Below, one piece after another: positions 1 through 12,690 of a DNA stretch of 64,000 nucleotides (position 1 is the stretch's first letter; each line of letters starts with the position of its first letter). The notes below the pieces were generated by a model. It made no database searches and was not told the origin of the DNA. It saw only the letters and a list, made by a program, of their open reading frames with translations. Source of the DNA: Phoronis australis. Taxonomy: Eukaryota > Animalia > Phoronida. Position numbers and translations under genes: made by a program. The stretch spans positions 419,872 through 483,871 of the forward strand of contig NMRA01000070.1 in assembly GCA_002633005.1 (NCBI GenBank), given 5' to 3'.

Positions 1-228
1 TCGTAGACGCATAAAGAAATAGTCAGAAATTAACGCTATAAATTTTGTTGAGGAAATACTTGTCATTTTTTGTTGAGGAAATACTTGTCATTTTTTGTTG
101 ATAAGCCGGTAGGATAACTTATGATTGTAGTCTGTAATTTATTGTGACACTGGACAGAGCATCATAATGTTTGTGATCACCAGAATGTCAATCTGAAATA
201 AAGTACATGTATGTTTGAAAAGGCGAAT

Positions 229-449
229 CTACAGTAGCAGTTAGTGAACTCCACATAGTAAAATTAGGGACACTACAGTAACAGTTAGTGAACAAAATTA
301 GGGACACTACAGTAACAGTTAGTNAGTGAACTCCACATAGTAAAATTAGGAACACTACAGTAACAGTTAGTGAACTCCACATAGTAAAACTAGGAACACT
401 ACAGTAGCAGTTAGTGAACTCCACATAGTAAAACTAGGAACACTACAGT
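229..449. repeat. 44-bp minisatellite, about 5 copies, in an LTA4H intron
   Basis: Unit ACAGTAGCAGTTAGTGAACTCCACATAGTAAAATTAGGGACACT is repeated in tandem, with one internally deleted copy. Confidence 0.9.
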
Positions 450-550
450 CAAAGCTGTAAAATGGTCACCAGACGAGTTCAGAAGTTTGTTTAGATGGCA
501 CTGTGTATGGTTTTGATTAGTAAATTGAATAATGTTTACTCTTATTGCAG

Positions 551-3500
551 ATGTATTTGAACCATTCCTTAGAGCATATGTGGCCAAGTATAAGTTTAAA
601 GCTCTGGATACTGACGAGTGGAAAGATTTTCTCTATTCGCACTTCAATGACAAGGTGAGCGATTGATTTAAAATTATCTCTCTCCCTCCCTCTCTCTCTC
701 TCCCTAACTCTCTCCCTCCCTCTTCCTCTCCCTCAAGCACATTATACGGGGGCGCTCACAAATATGTCTCTTCCGTGCTAATTCACTACCTGCTCTCCAC
801 CAACACAGTCAGTTTATTGGTTTTATTAGATTCTCCGATCCACGTTTGTTTGGTCATCCCATCGGCATTATGTCGTGTTTTATACCCTGTCACCTCTGTT
901 CTATGAAACCACTGAAGTTAGGGCTGCATTTTATAAATGCCGCAAGAAATCTTCAGAAGCTGTGAATTTTCTTCTGTAATTCAACATTTCAGCCTTTGTG
1001 AACAATCCTTTCAGTAGCTGACTAGTCAATTTAAGTAATAGTTATGTTTCTGCTTAGTAAATATAAAAAATATTTCTTCACTGCTTCACTGCCTCTTCAC
1101 TTTTGTTTTGTATCAAAGTATTGGTGATAATATCATAGTAGTCTAAAAGTGACCTGTGTGTTTAAATATGACATGGAATGGGTATTACTTTAAAACAGTG
1201 CTGTTATAAACCAACTGGTCACCTGACAACTTAATCTGATTCCAGACAGACGTATTAGACAAGGTGGACTGGCAGGGTTGGTTGTACACGCCGGGCATGC
1301 CACCTCTAAAGCCATGGTAACAAGCTTTGTTTTATTAAGGAAAATATCACCTATTTAGAACCTAATATTATGAACACAAGCAATTTATTTTCTAATTTTT
1401 GTCATAAAAGATATGTTGCACCATAGTGATGTTTTATCATTTTCAAGGTCTGTAGTAAAGCTGAGTGACCCAAAAGGAACTTTGTACAACATTTTTAGTT
1501 CTAGTTCTTTCTGGTGCCTGTGATTGAAACTTTGTGGAAAGATTATCCATAGGAGTTATGTCTACAAAACATGAAAAAATAAATGAACTTATACGGGATT
1601 ATTTTTAAAAAGTTGTGGGTTTGGGTTGTTTTTAATCACCTATAGAATATTTTTTGAAAAGTGCATTCGCAACAATTTTAGAACCCCTTGAAAATGAAAA
1701 CTGGCAATTAAGCAGTAGTTTTTGTTCAGAATTGGTGGGATATTACTACATGATTTTCTGTTCATATTGATTGAAATACCATCACTGCTTAATAATCAGT
1801 GTTTTAATTAGACTGATTATAATTCTAATTATTCTCAAGGTGTCTACTCTATGCTCAAACTTAACACTGTGGCTGTTGCAAAAATAAATGTTTCATAGAG
1901 GACTGCACGCATAACTTAAACTATGCTGCATGAATCAAGGTCCAAACTGAACAAAAGCTGATGGCAAAGTGGCTCTGGTTTCGCCAATTTGCTTATAAGT
2001 CTTTAAAGCATGAAGCACATGTTGAATGCTTATAACAAAAGCTTTTGCTTCGAAATTCAATGGTTAGTATCAAAAATGTGCTTATGAGGTTGAAATTTAT
2101 AGATGTATTTGCATGCTCCTAACTATGCTATTTTAACATAATCTATGCTAAACAAAGTGTAGATGTATTCGTTGACCGCACCACGTCATGATACATTGGC
2201 GGACATGGTTCTTAAACACATTTGGCAACTTTCAAGCTACTTCATATTCACATCATCGCTACAGCGGCGGATCTAGGATACCATAAGGGGGGTCAACATG
2301 TTGCCTTGGGGAATTGGGCAAAGCGCGATTGTATGTTCACAGGCGGCCAAAAAGTTGCGGGGCCGAGGGTGTGGACCTATTCGCAAATTCTGTCAGTGGA
2401 CTAAAAAATAAAAAACGAGAACACGATTCTGCCACGATCTGGGATCTGAACCCCCGTCATCCGCTACCGGTCCTAGTTACTGAACTCAATATTTCCTCAT
2501 GCTTCATGCTGTTGGTGTTTCATTTTGATTGCGCCTAAGCGCTATATGTTGTGTTTCTAACTAATTTGGCTAAGCGGTCACTGAGATAAAGAATTAGCCT
2601 GCAATTTCCACTTAAAGTTGTAACAATGATGAATGACGTGTATTTATCTCCCTTGTAGGTATGACACCAGCCTAGCTGACGTCTGCACCACCTTGTGTCA
2701 GAAGTGGGCCACTGCTTCTGATCAGGACCTGTTACAGTTCACAGAGGCCGACCTTAAAGACTTAGCGTCCAAGCAAATGAATCAGTTCCTTGCAGAGCTT
2801 TTGGATGAGGTACATTCCTTCTTGCTTTTGTTGTCTTGGAGTAGTTTTGATTCTAGTTAGGGAATCACTTTGTGTTTTGACTGTATTAAGTATTACAACA
2901 TTTCGTGTCAAAATTGTTGAGAAACTTTTGAAATAGGCCACTTGCCACTGATGGCATGTCTATAGTCTGAAGGCCCTCACATCTGAAGATCTCTTGTTTG
3001 GATTTACAATCCTTCTGGCTATTAATCTGAAAACCCTTTGATCAGACGTGGTTATAGGATGGCATGCCCAGACTGATGGATCTTTCAAATTGTCCCTTTG
3101 GGTAGCAGTCCATTCAGGTTATAGGACACTTAACACTGCATTTTGCCCTGATTAGCTGATCAAAAAAAATTGATTTAGGCCTGATACTCTCATAAAAAGT
3201 TTCCTTATGGATTTCATTTTCATTACCAATTCAAGTCACAGGTAATGCATGCATGTATCATTTTCAACTTATAGTTTTTCTCTTATTTTTCAGTCAAAGC
3301 TGTCACATGCCAAGATAAAACGCATGGAGACAGTCTATGGTCTCAAGAAAATCAAGAACTATGAGATCAAATTCAGGTATTCAGGCTTGTGTTTGTGTGA
3401 ATCTAGAGGTAAAGTATACCAGGATTTATGAGCTTGTTTTAGGTTTTTTATAAGAAGCAAAAATAATTTTACATACGCTGTAACCAGTGTTGCTTTGTCT

Positions 3501-4527
3501 TATCAAATTTTGAAAAGGTCTGACAAAAACTCATATTGTTCAAATATTGTAGGTCAAAAAGGGCAGTTTTTATGAATTGTTTTTAAAATATTCCACTTAA
3601 GTTCCATTAAACAAAAAAGAATTGATGATTTAGAAAACTGTAAGAGGGTTTTTTGAGATTTCATTGTGAAAGTTTATATGAAATGAAATTTGGTGGTGAT
3701 ATTGATAACATTGTTTCTGTATCAATGTACCTTTTTTGTTAATTTCCAACAAAAGGACACGGTCTCGTTACCCAATTAATGGCAGACTGGTAAAAAGTTA
3801 AAAACAGTCCTACATTCAGAAAATATAAACTTTTGTCAATAGATATAGTTTTCTTGGTATTTGGCTAAATATTCAAACTTGTCAATAACGTCCTACATGA
3901 TCTTAAAGGCAGACAAAATTGCTTTCATTTATTATTGTGGTGCAAGAACGTGGGCGTTTGTCTATCTCTTTGTGTTGTGGTTGCAGTTGGATCCGACTGT
4001 GTATAAAGGCCGACTACGAGGACATTATTGAGGATGCGCTCAACTTTGTAAGATCTCAGGGAAGAATGAAATATGTGCGTCCAGTCTACAGGTTAGTGTT
4101 CTCCATCCAGAAACACACTCCGTAAGGAACATCTTTTTGGACACAGTTGAACAGCGTTAGTCTGTAGAAGAAGTACATTTCATGCAGAAAAATAGAGAAT
4201 TTCTGACAGATTGATGGATTTATTATGCTATGTTGCATTTAGTTTTGATATACATCGGTAATTTTCCGTCAAAGCTGTGTTAAGCACTAATGGTGATAAT
4301 CAAGAAATTAGACATAGCTGGAATATTAGTGTATAATAATATGTAAACACGGTGAAATGTAAAACTAATGCTGGGCGCTTCTATTCTGAATTTCTTTTTC
4401 TTCTAGGGATCTCTTTGCGTGGGAGAAATCCAGGGACAGAGCTATTGCCAACTTCCAAGCTGTGCGAGATGAGATGCATATTGTGTGTGCTGGTCTTGTG
4501 GCTAAGGATCTTGAACTAACAGAATGA
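551..4527 (+). CDS. LTA4H: Leukotriene A4 hydrolase / M1 aminopeptidase, last 6 coding exons (5' part lies before the window)
   Basis: Exons 551-654, 1246-1316, 2659-2809, 3294-3376, 3987-4091 and 4407-4527 are all AG/GT-bounded and phase-compatible. They splice to VFEPFLRAYVAKYKFKALDTDEWKDFLYSHFNDK-TDVLDKVDWQGWLYTPGMPPLKPW-YDTSLADVCTTLCQKW...IKRMETVY...EIKFSWIRLCIKA...QGRMKYVRPVYRDLFAWEKSRDRAIANF...LVAKDLELTE*. This is collinear with the human LTA4H C-terminus (WKDFLYSYFKDK, VDWNAWLYSPGLPP, QGRMKFTRPLFKDL). Stop TGA at 4525-4527. Confidence 0.95.
677..733. repeat. CT/CCCT low-complexity microsatellite
   Basis: tctctctccctccctctctctctctccct... polypyrimidine tract just after the 654 donor. 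Confidence 0.85.
2262..2470. mobile_element. Small MITE-like element (GGCGGATC...GATCCGC end family)
   Basis: Degenerate inverted ends cagcggcggatctagg ... catccgctaccg around a GC-rich island in an AT-rich intron. A related copy lies at 16252-16404. Confidence 0.5.
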
Positions 4528-5724
4528 GCTTCAGTTAGGTGTTTGGATGATTCAACAGATAATACACACGTGGCGTGAATAGTCTTCAGACATATGCAAT
4601 TACACCGTCTCTGAGCAGACGTGTCGTCCCTAGGTTAATTAGAAATCGAATGTGGCTTTTTCTTAAAGCCTTCCTCGATTGCATTTTTTTTATTCTTCGT
4701 GTTTCTGGCCATTATGAGGATCATAGCAAGTGTTAGTCTTCACAGTCAAGAAAACGTTGGAATCAGTCAAATGTTCACCAGTCAGTTGGTGCTTGAACTT
4801 GACTTTTGAACCATCTTATGTCACCTCGAGAACACGGAAGGAACTGTGAGGAAAGGCGTACTGCAATGGTCAAAAGCTGTATTACTGAAGACAACAAGGA
4901 TTTTGGAAATAGACGTGGGATAACTTTTATTGACACACTGTAATTAAGTCTAGCCAGTAGGTGCATAAAAATTGAGTCTCAATCACGTGTTATTTTGTCT
5001 TCAATATCAATCACTGTTTTCATTGACTAACAAAAGGACAGTTTAGAACAGATGACCAAACTAATGGGAGATACCAAAACTTTAATGTTAGTTTTGGGGT
5101 TAAGTATTTTGCGCATGGAAATAGACAGATCCCTACTCTAAACTGAAGGCCCGGTCGGTCAATTGACCCATAACTCAGTTTTTCTGTTAGTTTGTTAGCG
5201 ATGCAACAGCGACTACATTAGAATGCCCCTACGGTCATTTCTCTAATAGTTCGTACAATAATGTAAAAACTATTTTTTTCTTGACATCTTTGGGTTCAAA
5301 TTAATACAGACAAAAGTGGCGGCAGAAACTATTAGAAATGAAACTGGAGTGTTTGACTTTTACTACTAGTATAGCAAACAATTGGTGCAGATGATCCAAA
5401 TAGTTGACACTTAGTGATTTGTGTTCTTGTTTAGGTATACAAAGTGCTATTTTACCAATCCCAAAAATGTGCACAATTTTTTTTACAATGCAGGTACCTG
5501 TAGAGCTATCTTTCCCTCAGACACCTTCAGCACGAACTATTTGAAAGAAGTGCCGTGTTTCAAGGGTGGTGTACGAATATTGGAGTGTATGATCTGTTAG
5601 AGAAATGGCTTTAATTTTTAAGTAGTGCTGAGTAGTGAAACAACTCTAGTAAGGTCAAAGGTCAGTGTGGTGACTGATGCTGGCCAATGAGGTGACTGGA
5701 AATACATGGCTTGTTTTGTTTTTT

Positions 5725-5915
5725 CAAGGGCTTCTAATATTGTTGTGAAAACCCGAAATTTTTCAAAAGTATTTCCTGTTGGTAGCTATGTCACGACCAT
5801 TTTAGAAAAGTCTGGGTGCAGGTGGATTGGCCGGCATGGTCTATGGGCCAATTTGGAGGACCTGTGGGCCGTGTTATTTTTTGTTCTTTGCATCCAATTT
5901 TAGTAGGGCCCTTTG
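5725..5915. mobile_element. Possible hAT-like MITE downstream of the LTA4H stop
   Basis: Imperfect inverted ends caagggcttcta ... tagggcccttt with internal GGGCC subrepeats. Confidence 0.35.
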
Positions 5916-8900
5916 TCTCTAGTTAAGCAATGACAGTGCGTCAATGAAACTATTTTTGCGTCAATGATGAGGTGCGCGTTCCAAAAGTTACCCCTGCTAT
6001 TGTACAGAACTTTGTAATGGCAAAGTATCATTCTAGTTCACATACCACATGAGAACATAAATTTCATTTGTCTGCCATATTGTGTCCTACCTAAGTTGGT
6101 GAGATTTTACCATAAAGTTGTGTAAAGTTTACTAACCATTTTTGAGGAGTAAGTGGTGTTGTTTTAAGTATATTTTGGACAGCGAAACAGAAGGAAAATA
6201 TGCAGTTTTAATAAAAGTATTACTAGAAACTTGGTTTACTAAAAAGTACCATTGCCATTCAAGATATCCTTGGGGGAGGTGTGGTGCTGCCTGTAGACTT
6301 TGACCCAAAAGGTTGACTTAAGCTATCTCGTGACAAAAAAAAAATTGTGTGGTGTCACTGATGCTGAAATTTTAGTTTTATACATGTATGAGAACTGGAC
6401 TGCTTTGCGTAGAGCCAAGAATCTCGAAATAATGCAAAATCACGCAAGACCTAGCAAGATATTGCCGTGCGCTTCAACTGAAGCGTGTGTGTGATTAAGG
6501 AATACGGAATGCAACATCGGATCTGCTTGAAAACAGAAAAAATGTCCAGAATAATATTTAAATAAGGGAAATTGCATGTGATTCTACTGTTCATGAGTGT
6601 ATGTTTTATCATGAAAATGTGGTTGTGCTTGTTCGAATAAAAATGTACCCTTTTATCTGCAAACAAAAGAGTGATTTCTACCTGTGATTTAGTTAGCGTT
6701 AATTGATCGCCTGGTGGGATGCCGAAAACGGGTTTACCGTGCTTTATAATATAATGGATATATGGAGCGCTGTATCCTTACAGACGATGCTATCCACCCA
6801 GGGGCATTTGCGAGGTAGCAGGAAGTCCTGAATGGACGAATGTTTCCGTGGTGGGTTACAAACTTTGTTTTTCAAGTGATCCGCACGGACGGTTTTCGTT
6901 AACAACGAAACTTTCTCATCGTGGTCTCTCTTGCGAACTGCAGTTCTAAACTATTAAACTGCTATTCAATTTCTTTCCATTTTTGACAGGAGGCGCTAGT
7001 TACACGTGTTTGACGCAATGTTAATGCTAACACGGTATCTTATTTGAACTGCAACTTTGAACATGTGCTGTTTTTGAGAAAGGAACTGCGTAACTTTGTA
7101 AGATTACTGTGGCTCCTGTGTTGAGAACTGTGGCTTGTGAGATAAAAGTGAATTATGGGAAAGGAACGCTGTGAATGAGAGTCAATGTCTATGCTGTCCG
7201 CGTGATCGAGGAAGATTTGACAGAAACAAAAATAGGTTCAAGTGTACCACGTATTAAATGATTTGATTCTAACCAATATGTTCACATTATGCGTAATGCG
7301 TAGCGTTGCTGCTAGCTTCCCGCGCTGGTCCGTTGCACCTTGGGTTAAATTATAGATACTCGTTATTTTACACAAATTTCTGTTGATTCTCAACAGTTAC
7401 ACTAACGATTTTCTTCCTCAAAGGGTATTTATTATTTATAGTAATTCACGTTGGCGTCGATTAATTTTGACTGCGGTTTATGGCGCAAAGGCACACTTCC
7501 TTAAAAATCCAAATAGCAATCATGTTAGTCTTGATAAAGGAAACGAATTGAATTTGCATTGTTTTCCTGTAGAAAACACAAATCGTAAGGATCGTGGGCG
7601 AGTGGTTTTGACATCCAGTGCGCCTCCCTAGCCATGTCTGAATTTTTACCCTGGGTTATTAGGGCCGTGATGAGTTGATAAATCTGATCACGTTGTGAAC
7701 ATTTGGGGATTTTGATAAATGGAACACAAGAAATGAGTGAAACTGCGCTTGAGATTTTATGGGAAAATGTCTGTGCTCACATTTATCAGCTCTGCAATGC
7801 TATGCAAGTCAATTATAATAATATATAACTAGTTATTATAATGATTTATGACTGCCAATAGCATTATGGTGACTCTGAAAAACAATGTGTGATTTTGGCG
7901 TCTCTACACTTCAGTGACTGGTATTAGAGCTTCTGTTGTAAATAACTAAAATAGGCTTAGTCGCATTCGATTTTCATGTCTGGTAAGTCACGTCGCTTCC
8001 TTCTTGCTATGTTTTAACTTAAGTATATAAGTCTCAAATTCCAGTTACTGTTTTACGTGTGTAGTAACTCAACTGTCAAAGCCAGTGAATGTTTAAAATT
8101 GTAGATTCTCAAATGGTATCTTGCGATCACGGTCGGACTTATAGTTAAGGATCAACGCGCGCCTCAGAATTTATTGCCAGCGCTATTGATTAATTAGAGT
8201 TAGATACTGAACAAAAAATGCAATGGACGCCCAATCAAAACCCTGTACTCTCTCGTCTGTTCGCGATTAGTCATCGAATTATGATCCGTTTTACAGCATA
8301 GCACAACAACCACATCTCATGAATTCCTGTAGGCCTACGCAAACTCGAGGGCGCGCGTGTTGTCAGTTACCTTTCACCGGCGCAAACTCATTACTCATTC
8401 CACAATCGTCTGGAGGATTGGAATTGCTTTGGCGAACTGACTTACACGTAACGTGTTACGACAAGTTATAACGACGATGTTGGGAAGTGAACCCGTTCTG
8501 ATCACTGAGGAATTTAAGAAAACGTGGTGCGCACGGTTTGTAAGTTTTAATCTACGTATGTTCCCGATATTCATATCGACTTCTTGAAGCGGTTTGTCGC
8601 AGTAGAACAAGATTATTCACAATTAGATGAGGGCTGTTTTATCAGTTGCTAATGTGGGCATATTGAGTTGTGCCTATGTGTTAGCGATTCGTTATCAGTG
8701 ACGGCGAATGTTTTCACACTCATCCAGGTGAATAGTGTAACTATTGGTTGTTCGACTCTCAAGGCGAATTTCATTTATTTTCCAATGAATGTTCAGGGTA
8801 AAGCGAAGTCGTATTTTCAAAGGTGTTTTGAGCCAACTGAGCATGGAAACATTTGATGATTACCTTAAACAAACTAATCTCAAAATAACCCTCCTATGGT

Positions 8901-9683
8901 GAGCTATTTAGCATTCATGGCAACACCTGAGAGTGAGTTTAAAGCTGCCCAGCTTTAGAATAGTTTGCTAACCCTGTCGGATGGCTTTTTCAAGACATTC
9001 CATCCTCGCATGTCGACGGACCCAGATGATTTGGTTGGGATCAGTTGGGTGGCAGGAAAAGGTTTCTTGGGGCATTAGTGAAACTGGTTTATAATTCGAG
9101 TTTCAAGCCACAGTGAGTAAGAAGAGCCTTTCAGCTTTCATTTTCGGTTGCACACCGCCTGTGTTAAAGACGCGTCGATGAACTGAACAGTCTCACTCGA
9201 CTTATTGATCCTCCTCAACTTGTGAACGAGATGAAATAACCAGGCCTCGGTCGTGCGTGACATCTCACAAAGTGGCACTTTACCGCATTCAGCTCTTGGA
9301 AAAGTGTGCCTGAGGTATATTTACGTGAACGCTTTAGGGCTGAAACGTTTCATACACTTCAAACGTTTTAAATTCGTCGCATAAGAAAGCGATTCGGTTT
9401 AACTAAAGCATTTTTTTAAAATTGGATTTATGTTCGCGAGAATCCAGCTTGAGTTTACGAGTGCATACATTGATCATGTTTGTCAGATCAGGATTATTAA
9501 AACCGGTATACACGTGTGCGTCCGTCAGATTGATCTTAAGGAAGAGTTTGATCTTTGCGCATAAAATCGCAATGAAAACTCACTTATATGCTGAAATTGT
9601 CAACGTGACGTGAAAATCATTTCACACGTGTGCATGTGGGTGCACATTGCAATCTGTGCTATTTAGATTATGGAATTAGCTTA

Positions 9684-10018
9684 CTTTTCATGCGCCCACA
9701 TATACGCATGTGTGGGTGCATATATACACGTGTGGGTGCACATATACACAGGTGTGGGTGCATAACACGTGTGAGTGCATATATACACGTGTGTGCGTGC
9801 CTATCATCTCTGCTTCCAATTGTTAATTTGATTTTTTAGATTTGCTTCTGTGTCTTTTGATATCCAAGGCAAATAGTTTTCTATGGCGTCTTCCTATTTT
9901 TGGACAGTGTGGTTTGACGTACTCTGCACCATCTCATGAGTGGCCACTTTACGATGCTGATAAGCACCCCGTTTGCGGTGCATTGGGGGTGCATTTCAAG
10001 GCTTTGCGCTGCTATTGA
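9684..10018 (+). mobile_element. Non-autonomous Helentron (HINE/DINE-like) remnant with an about 22-bp internal tandem repeat
   Basis: Left end ttttcatgcgcccacata matches the ends at 38842 and (reverse) 57454-57470. It is followed by (acacgtgtgggtgcatatat)n. The right end gggggtgcatttcaaggctttgcgctgctattg matches gtgggcgcatttcaacgctccacgttgctctt near 39912-39943. Confidence 0.6.
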
Positions 10019-10292
10019 TTTTCATGGTACGCTTAGATGTACATGGTAACTGCGTAACACACACGTAACCTAGTCACAAAACTCAGTTTGTGCAAATGCG
10101 TACACGTTCCCAAGGAAATGAAGAAAAGCGGAATTTGATAATGCCATTTTTCTGTCGCGTTATGCAACCGCCTGATCGGATCAATCCTTTCGTTGCTTAT
10201 GACATTTATTTCACGTAACAGGCGCCTCACCCTCGTTACAAATACATGATGCATCTAATCCTAATATCACTATTTCGACGTTTCTCGGCATT

Positions 10293-10645
10293 AATTAGAG
10301 TTGCATTTCGCCCCGTTTAGATGGCTTAAAGCAAAACAAAAATCGAATTTGGCGTTTTACTCTCATAAGATAAGTCTCACGATACTGCTTACTCTGATAG
10401 GGTTCCATTTCCAACTCAAGCCGCAGACAATGCGTATATGCGCCACTTTACGAAATGGCACTTTTAGGGTTGGCCAGCAAACACTGGAGCGTTTTCTTGA
10501 GCCACAGCGATTTCGATGCAGTTGTTGGTAACGAAACTAGAATTCTTTCACAGTGAGGAATATCATGGGATATCGTTTATGAGAGTAAAGAGCATAATTC
10601 AATCTTCGTGTTTTGTTAGCTAAACAGGGCGAAATACAGGTTTAT
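10293..10645. mobile_element. MITE, possibly Kolobok-like
   Basis: Inverted ends ttgcatttcgccc ... gggcgaaatac. The left end recurs at about 53838-53930 (aagctgcattttgccccgtttagctggct...caaaaat). Confidence 0.5.
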
Positions 10646-11115
10646 TAAATATTTATCAGTTTTACCGTTCAATTAAGTATCAAATTCCTGGGTGTGCAGA
10701 ATACCTCTGAACGCTGTACACCTTTTCAATTGTTGCATAGCTAGATAACTTTGAAAAAAATTATTGAGTATTTTGCAAAAAAAAATCAAATATTTTTTCA
10801 CCCTAGCAATACTGTATAAAACAATGCAGCGCGTCACTAAGGCTTCTTAAACTAATCAACCGCTTGTATATAATTACAGGTACTAACTCAAGATCACAGC
10901 TGTGACCCAATGGTGGTTTGATTTATTCCTTTCCGTGCATAGGAAATATTCGGAGCATTGTTTTGGATACTCGAAGCTCCAACACTGCACGTCGCCTACA
11001 TTTCTCCAATTGGTGCGATTAATCGTTGCGTGATTCGTAATTAAATCGTGGAAATGTAATATGTAGTAATTTCTAATAATTTCTGCAAACACACTTCGAT
11101 GATAGCAGCGTTACT

Positions 11116-12690
11116 ATGGAAGTGATTGCAACTTTACTAATATTTAAAGAGATCGTCTGTAATTTGCTTGGAGTGGCTGTGTGTCTCGTTTGTCTCAGAC
11201 TAATCGTTAACGCTTGGTTGTTGCTCGCAAAAAATGATAATGCCGAGACAGAGACAATTACCGTTGGACATGGCGAGATTCTACGTGCTTTGTGGCCACA
11301 TGAAGTCTTCTTCCACCGGAGTTACCGGTATAACGTGTTTGCCTTATTTCTTGAGTCCCCGTGTCAACTTTCCGCAGAAGTCATCAAACAGACTTTGAAA
11401 AAAGCCTCTCAAAAGCACGAACTTTTAAGGTGTCGATTACGCACACTAGAAAACAACGGAAATAAGACCTTCGTCTTTACTCAAGCTTCTTTTGAGGATT
11501 CGATCGATTTTCAAGACTTAACTCTAGAAAATTATGAAGATATCATGGAGGCCATGACTGTCGGCGGTTTGCACTTGTGGAGTGCAAGATTCGTCCAGTT
11601 GACGAGCTTTCCGACCCCCAATAAGGGTCATCTTAACTTCTACTGCGGTGAATGTTCGTGTGTGCTTCTTCTCGGCTTTCATCCGGCTGTCGCAGATGGC
11701 GTGTCGATGCATCACTTCTGTAATGCAGTTATGAAATCAATGAACGGGTTATTCTTTGGGAATGAAATAGGTTCCCACGATAGCGCGAAATTGGTTCAAC
11801 ACGATATGTTGCCAGTCGAGCTAAACAGCGCCGGTTCAAAGTGGATTGTATTGGAAAATGTCATAAAAACTGTTTTCGAGAGGCTTGTGGATATTATGCA
11901 GACGCGTTGCTTCACCAGACGACCAAAGGCGATATCAATTGTGGACTGGAACCAGCAACAGCGAGCGAGAACGATACTTTTAGAATTTTCGAGATCAAAA
12001 CTCGAGCACCTTCGACACAGCTGCCATTCTCATGGTGCAACAATGCATGGCGCTTTGTCGGCCATTGCAACTCTTGCGCTGACACAATCACACGTGGATG
12101 GAGCAGACGACAGAATTTTAGGCGGGAAAAATGAAACACCAATCAAAAGCCAATATTTTACGAACTATCGTAAGCTGTGTAAAAATGATGTCACAGGTGA
12201 TGTCATGGGATGTCTAACGTGTCCGTTCACCACGCGCATTAATGTTTGCGAGCATGATGAATTCTGGGATATCGCTCGGAAACTCACGGTTGAAATTCAC
12301 GACAAAAATTTAGAGCGAGCGCACCTGCGGGAGTTACAACAGAACATGCTTTACAACGACTTGTTCTATTGTAAAAACGAGTTGCTTAATAGAGTTTTGA
12401 ACGACTACCAGCGCCCTCAGCCACTACAGTATTACGACTTTGCCATAAGCGATTTGAACGATCATAATGTCATACTCAGTAACGACAGCGACAAAGTATT
12501 TGTAGACAAGATAGCATGCGTGGTTGGGTTCAGTGGAAATTGTAACTTTGTGCACACGACTATGACTTTACAAAGCCGATTACTGTGGTCTCTCAGCTAC
12601 AATACCAGTACGGTCACGCGTGAGATGGCAGACGTATACAGTGGGAAGATTAAACTGGTGTTTTCGGACGCCATAAATGAACGACGATGA
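11116..12690 (+). CDS. Intronless CoA-dependent acyltransferase / condensation-domain (alcohol O-acetyltransferase or PapA5-like) protein with an N-terminal hydrophobic anchor; canonical catalytic His replaced
   Basis: Uninterrupted 524-aa ORF with a hydrophobic N-terminus (about aa 1-38). Family-like segments: KHELLRCRL, LWSARF, LLLGFHPAVADGVS (HHxxxDG position), CHSHGATMHGALSA, VMGC, FWDIARKL and TLQSRLLWSLSYNT. Assigned by motif recognition, not by search. Confidence 0.8.
   Translation: MEVIATLLIFKEIVCNLLGVAVCLVCLRLIVNAWLLLAKNDNAETETITVGHGEILRALWPHEVFFHRSYRYNVFALFLESPCQLSAEVIKQTLKKASQKHELLRCRLRTLENNGNKTFVFTQASFEDSIDFQDLTLENYEDIMEAMTVGGLHLWSARFVQLTSFPTPNKGHLNFYCGECSCVLLLGFHPAVADGVSMHHFCNAVMKSMNGLFFGNEIGSHDSAKLVQHDMLPVELNSAGSKWIVLENVIKTVFERLVDIMQTRCFTRRPKAISIVDWNQQQRARTILLEFSRSKLEHLRHSCHSHGATMHGALSAIATLALTQSHVDGADDRILGGKNETPIKSQYFTNYRKLCKNDVTGDVMGCLTCPFTTRINVCEHDEFWDIARKLTVEIHDKNLERAHLRELQQNMLYNDLFYCKNELLNRVLNDYQRPQPLQYYDFAISDLNDHNVILSNDSDKVFVDKIACVVGFSGNCNFVHTTMTLQSRLLWSLSYNTSTVTREMADVYSGKIKLVFSDAINERR

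Noticed and set aside
229-449. Regularly spaced repeats that superficially resemble a CRISPR array, and the ORF 188-424
   Set aside because: The units are head-to-tail with no unique spacers, there are no cas genes, and the site is a eukaryotic intron. It is a minisatellite.
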